Positions 6,354 to 13,294 of a stretch of 14,362 nt of DNA are shown one piece after another. The DNA is from a bacterium (GTDB lineage Bacteria; Patescibacteriota; Minisyncoccia; Minisyncoccales; DAOVPY01). The translations under genes were made by a program, and so were the position numbers. The DNA lies in the NCBI GenBank assembly GCA_030596105.1, contig JAUVKU010000019.1, forward strand, positions 1 to 14,362, read 5' to 3'. Within the stretch, counting starts at the first letter, position 1, and each line of letters begins with the position of its first letter. Under the pieces are notes generated by a model. It worked only from the letters and a program-made list of their open reading frames with translations, was not told the origin of the DNA and ran no database searches.

Positions 6354-7577
6354 ATGGGATATAAACAAAAGTATTCTGAAATTGTTAATTTAGAAGCCGT
6401 AAATGAATTTATGACTGAAAGAGGATGGCAAAGGCGCTCGTGTGATACATGTGGTAGGACTTTTTTCTCTAAACCATCTACCAAAATTGATGTATCGATA
6501 TGTGGCTGGCATAAGTGCAATAAAGGACATTATCAATTCTGTACTTACTCCAAGCGTAAAAAGATGCTAGAACCTGTGCAAATTAGCTCAAAGATGAGTA
6601 AATATTTCCGCTCAGTCGGTTTCGAGCTAATAACACCTCGGAACATCGCTAATTTCAAAGGTCAGACTGACTTGGTCATCGCTGGTGTACAAATATTCGA
6701 TGATGTCATCCATCATAACCAAAAAATCTGCAAAGACAAAATGTTCGTGGTGCAACCATGTGTACGTATGCAATTCCAACCGCATGTCGAGTCACAAGAA
6801 GGGACATCGACATCTTTCGTAAACGTATGTACTGAAAATATGGAAGTAAATTTTAGAGAACATCTACAATTAGTAGATCACTGGTGTACGATTCTCTCAA
6901 AACTCGGACTTCACATGAACGATTTCATTATTACTATAAGAACATCAGTCAAAGACTGGGGGACCGGAAAATTCTCAGCACTTGAGCTCTTTTTCTCCTA
7001 CGGAGGACTCGAGCTTGGAGATGCCACCTATCTACTTATTCCCCAAGCGAGCCGGTCGGCTATCTCGATTAGTGATATTGGATTCGGACTCGAAAGAATT
7101 GTTTGGGCTATCAACAAAACCGATTCCTACTTCGATACGCTAATTCCTTGGACAGCGAATGGCACGCGTGAAATGTTCGACTCATGTCGAACGCTTGCGC
7201 TTCTGATTCTTTGTGGAGTACAGGCAACAAACAAGGGTCCAGGCCTCCAGTTTAGACGATTTGCAAAAGTGATTAGTGGAAAATACTACGGTGCGAATAT
7301 ATATGGCATTTTAAGGTATTATTTCGATTACTGGGCTCAATTCATTGAGCCGTCTATCAGCCGAGAATCCGCCATTCATCTCGCTCGTTTGGAGATCGAA
7401 AGATTCGTCAATCTGAAAATCTATAAAACTTTAAAACTCCCATCGCCTCGTGATGAAACGACAGAAACCTATTTCAATCGTTTGGTGTATACTTACAATA
7501 TCAACATTTATAAATTGCGTAAAGCAATGCAGGACGTGTTACCAAATGCCGAAAATCAGTACATTTCCAATTCTTAG
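6354..7577 (+). CDS. Paralog of the alanyl-tRNA synthetase catalytic (aminoacylation) domain. Truncated at 407 aa, with no tRNA-recognition, editing or C-Ala domains. It has a Cys/His-rich N-terminal extension (CDTCGR...ICGWHKCNKGH...C).
   Basis: Collinear matches to AlaRS N-terminal motifs. FRSVGFELITP..DLVIAGVQIFDDV resembles FL.FF.SKGH..V.SSSLVP.NDPTLLFTNAGMNQFKDVF. QPCVR matches the motif-2 region QRCVR. DIGFGLERIVWAINKTDSYFDT matches DTGMGLERIAAVLQ..NYD.DLF. LLILCGVQATNKGPGLQFRRFAKV matches FLIADGV.PSNEGRGYVLRRIIRR. The strong SD AAGGAGGataaaATG supports the start. Confidence 0.75.
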   Translation: MGYKQKYSEIVNLEAVNEFMTERGWQRRSCDTCGRTFFSKPSTKIDVSICGWHKCNKGHYQFCTYSKRKKMLEPVQISSKMSKYFRSVGFELITPRNIANFKGQTDLVIAGVQIFDDVIHHNQKICKDKMFVVQPCVRMQFQPHVESQEGTSTSFVNVCTENMEVNFREHLQLVDHWCTILSKLGLHMNDFIITIRTSVKDWGTGKFSALELFFSYGGLELGDATYLLIPQASRSAISISDIGFGLERIVWAINKTDSYFDTLIPWTANGTREMFDSCRTLALLILCGVQATNKGPGLQFRRFAKVISGKYYGANIYGILRYYFDYWAQFIEPSISRESAIHLARLEIERFVNLKIYKTLKLPSPRDETTETYFNRLVYTYNINIYKLRKAMQDVLPNAENQYISNS

Positions 7578-7644
7578 CGGCTTAAATAAGCTAAAAAATG
7601 GAAAACAATCAAAAATAGTCGTTTAGCAACAGTCCCCTATAAAC

Positions 7645-8340
7645 ATGCAAAACATAAAGGAGCACAATCGAATATATTTGTCGGGGGGTGGTAATGAGAA
7701 ACAATCATTTCCCCTCGACAAATTTTTTTTTCGTACATTGCCTAAAAATGGACGCTTTTTATATATACCTATAGCACTCCGTGGCCATAAGCTTTATGCC
7801 ACAACACGTTTTTGGATGAAGGGTATCACAAAATTTCACAAAAGAATAGATGTTCAGTTTGAAACAATGGATAATCCGTCAAAATATCAACTTAAAGATT
7901 TAAAAAAGTTTGATGGAATATATATAGGTGGTGGCAATACATGGAGCTTAATTCAAGAATTTAAAAACTCTGGATTAGCTAATATTTTGATTCAGTACAT
8001 TAAAGCCGGGGGTCATATATATGGAGGAAGTGCGGGAGCAATTATTATGGGGAAAAGAATTGACACTCACGATGATGAAAATAAAATGAATATAAAAGAT
8101 GTGTCTGGCTTTAATATCCTTAATAATTTTTCGATAACCTGTCATTTTACAGATGAACAAAGTAATAGATTTAAAGCATGGGCTATAAATAATAACTTAC
8201 CAATTATTTGCTTATCAAAAGAAACCGGCCTAATTATAGAAAAAAACGTCGCTTTATGCGTTGGCACTAAACCTTGCATTATTTATTTTGCCGATGGCAC
8301 AAAACTGAAAGTTACTCCTAAAAAATCTTTTAATCTATAA
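7645..8340 (+). CDS. Peptidase family S51 (PepE alpha-aspartyl dipeptidase / cyanophycinase-like).
   Basis: GIYIGGGNTWSLI matches PepE IIVGGGNTFQLL. GHIYGGSAGAII matches the catalytic Ser motif YIGWSAGANL. TCHF matches the catalytic His region NPHF. Confidence 0.75.
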   Translation: MQNIKEHNRIYLSGGGNEKQSFPLDKFFFRTLPKNGRFLYIPIALRGHKLYATTRFWMKGITKFHKRIDVQFETMDNPSKYQLKDLKKFDGIYIGGGNTWSLIQEFKNSGLANILIQYIKAGGHIYGGSAGAIIMGKRIDTHDDENKMNIKDVSGFNILNNFSITCHFTDEQSNRFKAWAINNNLPIICLSKETGLIIEKNVALCVGTKPCIIYFADGTKLKVTPKKSFNL

Positions 8341-8343
8341 AAA

Positions 8344-8372
8344 AGTACCCATATCTTAACGACATGGGTACT
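8344..8372. terminator. Bidirectional rho-independent-like terminator between the convergent operons: AGTACCCAT-N11-ATGGGTACT, with an A-run 5' and an AT-rich tract 3'.
   Basis: Perfect 9-bp inverted repeat (8344-8352 and 8364-8372). It sits in the 43-bp gap between the convergent stops at 8340 and 8384. Confidence 0.6.
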
Positions 8373-8383
8373 GAAATAATTAT

Positions 8384-9643
8384 TTAAAACAAATTTAATT
8401 CTCCTTTCACAATCTTCTGAGTAGTCTTGTTAATGTCGGCCAAATTGCGTTCGACAATCGCTTCGATCATCTGACGCTGATTAGACATTACTTTTTCACC
8501 ACAGACTTCAACACATGCAAACCATGGATTTGACAGACTTCTGCCCATCTGGGATGTCAGATATACATATGTTTCAAGTCCAATGAAACGATAAATCTCA
8601 TCAGAAATCAAAGAACAGATGGCGGTGTAAAGCTTGCCCACATGATAGACAGGATTCTTACCACAACAAGCCTCCATGCTCATATGCCGGGTAAATGGAA
8701 TAACGCCATTATGCCGATTACCTCGACCAACGACACCTTCGTCGCCACTCTCAATAGCGCTTCCCGTCAATGTGAGATAATAATCCGATTTGTTCAAGTT
8801 GTCTCTCGTGTTAAGCGAAACAGTGACATCGAACTGCCCAAACTTAGATACTACCAATTGCTTAATAAAATCTTCAAGGAATTGGAGCTTCTTAAAATAG
8901 AACTCCTTATCTGGGGTATAGACTGCAATAAACGGAATACAAACAGTGATACCTAAACGCTTTTTCATACGTTTGACCATTACCTTAATATCTGTGCCAA
9001 CATAGGGATAAAGCTTTTTGAACTCCTTCTCATTCAACGTGGTCTCAATGAACATCACGATTTTCTCGGTGGTGCTAAGAGGGCTATAAGCCACAGCCGT
9101 CGAGGTATCGTTGGAGCGCAGGTTGTTATCATGAAAAATCGCAAACTCCTTCTGTGGAATCTCAAAAAAGAACTGGCGTTCATTCTGTGTCGATCCATCA
9201 GCTTCGTATACAACACCGGGACCAGGCGCGCAATGAGTATTATCAACGATTGTGAGCCATTGATCCAGATCAAGAAGCGGCAGGACATTAACAAAATGCT
9301 TATAGACCGTCTCTTTGACAATCTTAAGATAAGGAATGTCTTCTTGCTGATAAGTTCTAGTAAACCGGCAGTTGAGATAAAGCCTAATCGGTTTTTGCAT
9401 CTCACCGCCACCGAACTTGACCTTTGTGGCACCACCCGACAATGCAATCTTGTCAACCATGTGCCGCAAGATGATACCATAGCGTTTTAAACAGTATTGT
9501 GAATACGCTTGAGACACTTTTTCTGCAATTGTGTCACAGAGAGTGTCAGGATGACCGATGCCTTTGCGTTCGACGATCTCAAATTCTGTGTTGTTGATGC
9601 TAGGCGTTCCTGACGAATAAACGAGTAAATTTTCTTTGTCCAT
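8384..9643 (-). CDS. S-adenosylmethionine synthetase, archaeal type (MAT; PF01941 family).
   Basis: GIGHPDTLCD matches the archaeal MAT GxGHPDSxCD. LTGSAIESGDEGVVGRGNRHNGVIPFTRHMSMEACCGKNPVYHVGKLY matches the archaeal MAT signature LTG(T)SAE.GDDG.VGRGNR.NGLI.P.R.MSMEAA.GKNPV.HVGKIY. Strong SD (AAAGGAGGtaataaATG) 34 nt downstream of the serS stop, so the two are co-transcribed. Confidence 0.85.
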   Translation of the reverse strand: MDKENLLVYSSGTPSINNTEFEIVERKGIGHPDTLCDTIAEKVSQAYSQYCLKRYGIILRHMVDKIALSGGATKVKFGGGEMQKPIRLYLNCRFTRTYQQEDIPYLKIVKETVYKHFVNVLPLLDLDQWLTIVDNTHCAPGPGVVYEADGSTQNERQFFFEIPQKEFAIFHDNNLRSNDTSTAVAYSPLSTTEKIVMFIETTLNEKEFKKLYPYVGTDIKVMVKRMKKRLGITVCIPFIAVYTPDKEFYFKKLQFLEDFIKQLVVSKFGQFDVTVSLNTRDNLNKSDYYLTLTGSAIESGDEGVVGRGNRHNGVIPFTRHMSMEACCGKNPVYHVGKLYTAICSLISDEIYRFIGLETYVYLTSQMGRSLSNPWFACVEVCGEKVMSNQRQMIEAIVERNLADINKTTQKIVKGELNLF

Positions 9644-9677
9644 TTATTACCTCCTTTATAGGAATGTTAACCCAAAA

Positions 9678-10967
9678 TTAAAATTTTCTAGCTTTCGGTT
9701 TGATATATTGCAATCCTGTGTAATCTTGTAAAATTTCAGGAATTAACACTGTTCCGTCGGCCTGCTGGTTATTCTCGAGGATGGCGAGTATCGTTCGAGT
9801 AACAGCCACAGCTGTGCCATTGAGAGTATGAACGAAGTCGATCTTGCCAGTCACCCTATTCTTAAATTTAGTGTTCAATCGGCGTGCCTGGAAATCCGTA
9901 CAATTAGATGCAGAGGTTACTTCGCCGTATCCGCCACCTTCGCCGATAAAAGGCATCCATGCCTCAATATCATACTTTCGGTAAGCAGGCGTTCCGAGAT
10001 CGCCCTTGCACATAAGTAAAACTCGGTAAGGAAGCTCCAGTGCTTGGTAAAATTCTTCTTCAATCGCAAGCATCTCTTCGTGAACGATTGCACTTTTGTC
10101 TGGATGAACAAACTGATAAAGCTCAACTTTACTAAACTGGTGCACACGGTAGAGACCCTTACTTTCTCGACCACCACTTCCTGCTTCTGTCCTGAAACAG
10201 TGGCTGACACCCGAAATCTTGATTGGAAGATTTTTTTCCGGAATCACAGCATTAGCCATATAACCACCAAGAGTAATTTCAGAGGTGCCTATAAGGCTTA
10301 ATGCCCCTTTGGTCAGAGAATAAATTTGACTTTCAGGACCTCGCGGAGAGAATCCGGAAGCAGTGATGATCTTGTCACGAGCAATCTCCGGTGTCGTCAC
10401 CGGAGTAAACCCATGCTTAATTGCCAATTCTAACGCATAGCGAATAAGACCGAGCTCCAGAAGAACAGCTTCGTTCTTTAAAAAATAAAATTTGGAGCCA
10501 GTGACTTTTGCTGCTGCCTCGAAATCCAGGATATCCAATTTTTTGCCTAACTCGACGTGATCAAGTGGCTTGAAACCAAACTTAGTGGGCTCTCCGATGT
10601 ATTTAATAGGAACATTTCCGTATTCATCCTTGCCCTGTGGTACGTCCGATGCAACAAGATTAGGTATCTTAAGCATCTCCTCAGTGTACTCGTTTTCCAC
10701 AAACACAATCTCATCCTTAATGACCGCTATAGTTTGTTTGAGACCAACTACCTCTGCCTTGAGTTGTTTGCGAGTTGTCTTATCAGCACTCTTGAACCGT
10801 CCAGCAATCTGATTGGAACGACGCTGAATTTCTTCAAGACTCTGTCGCTTTTGTTTCAGTTGTCCATAAAGAGTAACTACTTTATCGACATCCACATTAG
10901 CATAGCGTTCACGCGTGTTCTGTTTAATTAAATCAACGTTTTTAAGAATAAATCTAATATCCAACAT
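9678..10967 (-). CDS. serS: Seryl-tRNA synthetase. Full length, with an N-terminal coiled-coil plus class II catalytic core.
   Basis: 429 aa. The motif-2/3 regions SHCFRTEAGSGGRESKGLYRVHQF, LELPYRV, GDLG and HTLNGTAVAVTRTILAILENNQ are typical of SerRS. SD AAGGAGG is upstream. Confidence 0.9.
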   Translation of the reverse strand: MLDIRFILKNVDLIKQNTRERYANVDVDKVVTLYGQLKQKRQSLEEIQRRSNQIAGRFKSADKTTRKQLKAEVVGLKQTIAVIKDEIVFVENEYTEEMLKIPNLVASDVPQGKDEYGNVPIKYIGEPTKFGFKPLDHVELGKKLDILDFEAAAKVTGSKFYFLKNEAVLLELGLIRYALELAIKHGFTPVTTPEIARDKIITASGFSPRGPESQIYSLTKGALSLIGTSEITLGGYMANAVIPEKNLPIKISGVSHCFRTEAGSGGRESKGLYRVHQFSKVELYQFVHPDKSAIVHEEMLAIEEEFYQALELPYRVLLMCKGDLGTPAYRKYDIEAWMPFIGEGGGYGEVTSASNCTDFQARRLNTKFKNRVTGKIDFVHTLNGTAVAVTRTILAILENNQQADGTVLIPEILQDYTGLQYIKPKARKF

Positions 10968-11075
10968 AACATATTCCTCCTTTTTTGAAATTGTAAAAGA
11001 TCTTTTTATCTCTCCAAGACTATCTTGGAATTCAAAATACTATAGCATTTGTTTGGTTTTTTGTAAAGTCAAATT
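10968..11075 (-). promoter_or_regulatory. Promoter and leader L2 for the serS-MAT operon: -35 TTTACA (plus 11062-11067), 17-nt spacer, -10 TGcTATAGT (plus 11039-11044), and a leader with a CCAAGA-TAGT-TCTTGG hairpin and SD AAGGAGG. Duplicate of L1.
   Basis: The reverse complement aligns base-for-base with 6256-6350 at roughly 85% identity. Confidence 0.7.
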
Positions 11076-11183
11076 TTTAATCAAATCCCCACAAACAACC
11101 AAATAACCCCTAAAACAACCCATTAACAAGATAACACATAAATTTAAAACTTATCTGATTTAAGTATTTTCTAACACTTTTTA

Positions 11184-11195
11184 GCTAATATTAGC
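11184..11195. promoter_or_regulatory. Perfect 12-bp palindrome, GCTAATATTAGC, in the long intergenic region. A half-site-like direct repeat TTTTTAGCTAAAATTAG lies at 11269-11285.
   Basis: Read from the sequence. Candidate regulator binding site. Function unknown. Confidence 0.2.
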
Positions 11196-11243
11196 ATTCA
11201 AACCTAAATAATAGGCTTTTTTATTTCATAAACCAACATTAAT

Positions 11244-11266
11244 AGGCTATTCCAGCCTATTTTTTA
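11244..11266 (+). terminator. Hairpin TAGGCT-N4-AGCCTA followed by T7. Terminator-like.
   Basis: 6-bp stem (11244-11249 and 11254-11259) followed by a T-run at 11260-11266. Confidence 0.3.
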
Positions 11267-11372
11267 ATTTTTTAGCTAAAATTAGATATTTTACAATTAA
11301 AATGCTAACATAAACTCAAGATGCTGTGTTTAGGTGAATAAAAATAGCACTAATTCGTAAATTCGTAAAAGC

Positions 11373-11401
11373 TTGACGTATTTTTTATTTTATGCTATAG
11401 T
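11373..11401 (+). promoter_or_regulatory. Promoter: TTGACG (11373-11378), 17-nt spacer, TGcTATAGT (-10 at 11396-11401). It drives the ~300-nt leader upstream of the SPFH gene.
   Basis: Near-consensus hexamers with an extended -10 TGc motif, the same motif as in L1 and L2. Confidence 0.6.
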
Positions 11402-11407
11402 AATTTA

Positions 11408-11704
11408 TCAAACAAATAAATATATTCCCCCTAAAAATTGTTCGGCATCAAAATGGTGCTGGGCTATATCTTATTCTTTAGGCTCATCGGGTAGTGCGGG
11501 TCTGATATTGATAGTAAACATAAGTAAAAACCGCGTTAATTATCAGTATCAGACCCGAACAAGCATGGGGATGCATAGGTAATATATTGAACTCAAAAAA
11601 ATATTTACCGCTACTACCCGATAAGCGTGGAGAATAAAAAAACTGGAGGGAGTGATTCACCGCGAATCGCCCTTTGACAACTAAATAAAAAATGGAAGGA
11701 AAAG
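11408..11704 (+). ncRNA. Long structured 5' leader or candidate cis-regulatory RNA of unassigned family. An outer helix ATCGGGTAGTGCGG (11485-11498) / CCGCtACTACCCGAT (11609-11623) encloses a 16-bp hairpin GGGTCTGATATTGATA (11497-11512) / TATCAGTATCAGACCC (11539-11554). A possible long-range TCCCC (11426-11430) / GGGGA (11567-11571) pairing is also present.
   Basis: Complementarities were found by eye. The segment is roughly 300 nt with no convincing ORF (track ORF 11373-11582 begins at the promoter -35). The GC-rich pairing segments stand out against the AT-rich background. Confidence 0.35.
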
Positions 11705-13159
11705 GTGATAAAAATGAGTGACACTGTAAAAAAAGAAATCGGAAAATACAAGAGAGAAGGGGAAAAGGAAATGGAGTGCCATCTTAAAGTCATGGACATT
11801 TTAACTGACGAAAAGAACAAAGCTATATCAGCTTTTAAAAGCAAGGGAATTTGGAAACTCTGGACAAAAAAATATGTCAATAATATCATCAAGGCAGCAA
11901 AAAAATACAATAAACGACTGCATGATAGAGACATATTTGACGAGTCAATCAAGCCATCTAATGATAGCTCTTACAAATTTAATGAAGATGAAATGTACGA
12001 ATTGCCAGCTATCATTAAAGCCGATAGAAAAGAAAAAATAGATTTGGAAAAAAAACTTAATGAAGCTAAAGAGCCAGAAAAAGATGCCATTGAGAAATCA
12101 ATCAAGCTCTTGGAAAACAGGATTAAAGATTTTGATGAAAAGCTGAAACTGCACCGCAAAGACTTCAGCGAAGGACAAGTTAAATCTATTGAGCTGGCTG
12201 AGCTTGAATCAATTCTGATGAAAAAAATCAGGCAAAAGACTGGTTGTGAAAGAATTAATAATTTTTGGATTGCTATTGTTTTATCTCTCCAGTACTTATC
12301 CCTGTTATCAATCTATCTCCTTAATATTTTTACCGATTTTGGAGTAAATTCTCTCTGGTCATTACCAGCCACTTTGGCTTTATTCGCGCTTATTCTTATT
12401 GGTAGTTTTAGAATTGTTAACCAAAACCGAGAATGGAGCATGAGCTTGTTGGGTAAATATGTAACCACTTGGGAAGCTGGTCTTCACTTTAAAATTCCAC
12501 TTCTTATGAAAGTGGACAGTAAAATCTATCTTGGCACTCTGGTTAAAACCCTGTATATGGACGAAAGAAAACGCGGTGATGGCAACGAAAAAATTAGCGC
12601 CAAAGTTGATTTTGCTAACGGCTCTGCCGAAGTAATTACTGAGCTGTTTATTAGAATCTTTGATACCTATAATTCTACTTATCTAATTGATAACGTAGTT
12701 GAATCAGTTAAGGAAAAGATGGAAGCCGGAATCCGTGCTTACTACGGACCGATCTCAATTGATCAAGCAATTGAAACCCGAGCGGAAGTTTATCTTCGGA
12801 AGATAATTTCTCAGGGCGCGACTGAAGCTGATAGATTTAAAGCATGGGGAACAATTATTGAAAGCTTAGCGGTTACCGACATTAAATTGCCGCCTGATCT
12901 GGAGAAAAAAAGAAACGAAGTTTTGATGGCGGATAAAGATTATGAAATATCCAAAATCAACAAAGAGAAAGAGGTAGTAATTGCTAAAACTGTAAAAATT
13001 CGTGGCAAAGGACGCGGTAATGAAATTAAATCCTTGTCAAAATCATCTGGGATATCCGTGCCTGAAGCTGTCCAATATGACTTAACTGAACGACGTTACG
13101 CTGCTTGGGCTAAGGCCGGCGTTTTAATCGCTAGCGACTCTGAAAAAACAACCGAATAG
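11705..13159 (+). CDS. SPFH/band-7 (stomatin/prohibitin/HflKC-like) membrane protein with an unusual ~190-aa N-terminal charged coiled-coil domain and two predicted TM helices. It probably extends to 13295 through a frame change; see findings.
   Basis: SPFH core: RIVNQNREWSMSLLGKYVTTWEAGLHFKIPLLMKVDSKIYLGTLVKTLYMD...ITELFIRIFD...DIKLPPDLEKK. SD aaGGtGA lies 7 nt upstream of the ATG. Confidence 0.8.
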   Translation: MIKMSDTVKKEIGKYKREGEKEMECHLKVMDILTDEKNKAISAFKSKGIWKLWTKKYVNNIIKAAKKYNKRLHDRDIFDESIKPSNDSSYKFNEDEMYELPAIIKADRKEKIDLEKKLNEAKEPEKDAIEKSIKLLENRIKDFDEKLKLHRKDFSEGQVKSIELAELESILMKKIRQKTGCERINNFWIAIVLSLQYLSLLSIYLLNIFTDFGVNSLWSLPATLALFALILIGSFRIVNQNREWSMSLLGKYVTTWEAGLHFKIPLLMKVDSKIYLGTLVKTLYMDERKRGDGNEKISAKVDFANGSAEVITELFIRIFDTYNSTYLIDNVVESVKEKMEAGIRAYYGPISIDQAIETRAEVYLRKIISQGATEADRFKAWGTIIESLAVTDIKLPPDLEKKRNEVLMADKDYEISKINKEKEVVIAKTVKIRGKGRGNEIKSLSKSSGISVPEAVQYDLTERRYAAWAKAGVLIASDSEKTTE

Positions 13160-13294
13160 CGCTATTGCCGGAGCCGTAGCCGGAGCTGCCGCTCGTGTCA
13201 GCGCCGACTCAATTAAAGACGTAAAAACCACTACCGAAGACGTAGAAACCGCAACCAGCGCCAGTAGTCCAGACGAGGGTGAAGGAGGTGAATA

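Noticed and set aside
6335-6520. Minus ORF of 61 aa overlapping the start of the AlaRS-like gene.
   Set aside because: It overlaps the SD and start of a strongly supported gene and has no signals.
7975-8160. Minus ORF of 61 aa inside the S51 peptidase gene.
   Set aside because: Embedded antisense frame.
8642-9490. Several ORFs (8642-8956 +, 9055-9480 -, 9131-9490 +) inside the MAT gene.
   Set aside because: The MAT reading frame carries family-defining motifs along its whole length. The others are GC-rich shadow frames.
9828-11106. Shadow ORFs (9828-10019 +, 9917-10210 -, 10044-10301 +, 10557-10931 +, 10570-10812 +, 10915-11106 +) inside or abutting serS.
   Set aside because: SerRS is full-length and motif-complete on the minus strand. 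The alternate frames have no homology-like features or RBS.
11373-11582. ORF of 69 aa starting at TTG that coincides with the promoter -35.
   Set aside because: Its start codon is the -35 hexamer itself. The region is better explained as a transcribed structured leader.
11640-11680. Possible T-box antiterminator (GGAGGGAGTGATTCACCGCG resembles AGGGUGGNACCGCG).
   Set aside because: The obligatory UGGN bulge that pairs with tRNA NCCA is absent. There is no recognisable Stem I/specifier-loop architecture, and the downstream gene is not an aaRS or amino-acid gene.
11614-12159. Minus ORFs (11614-11952, 11971-12159) antisense to the SPFH 5' region.
   Set aside because: They are low-complexity Ser/Leu/Phe-rich shadow frames of the Lys/Glu-rich coiled-coil coding region.
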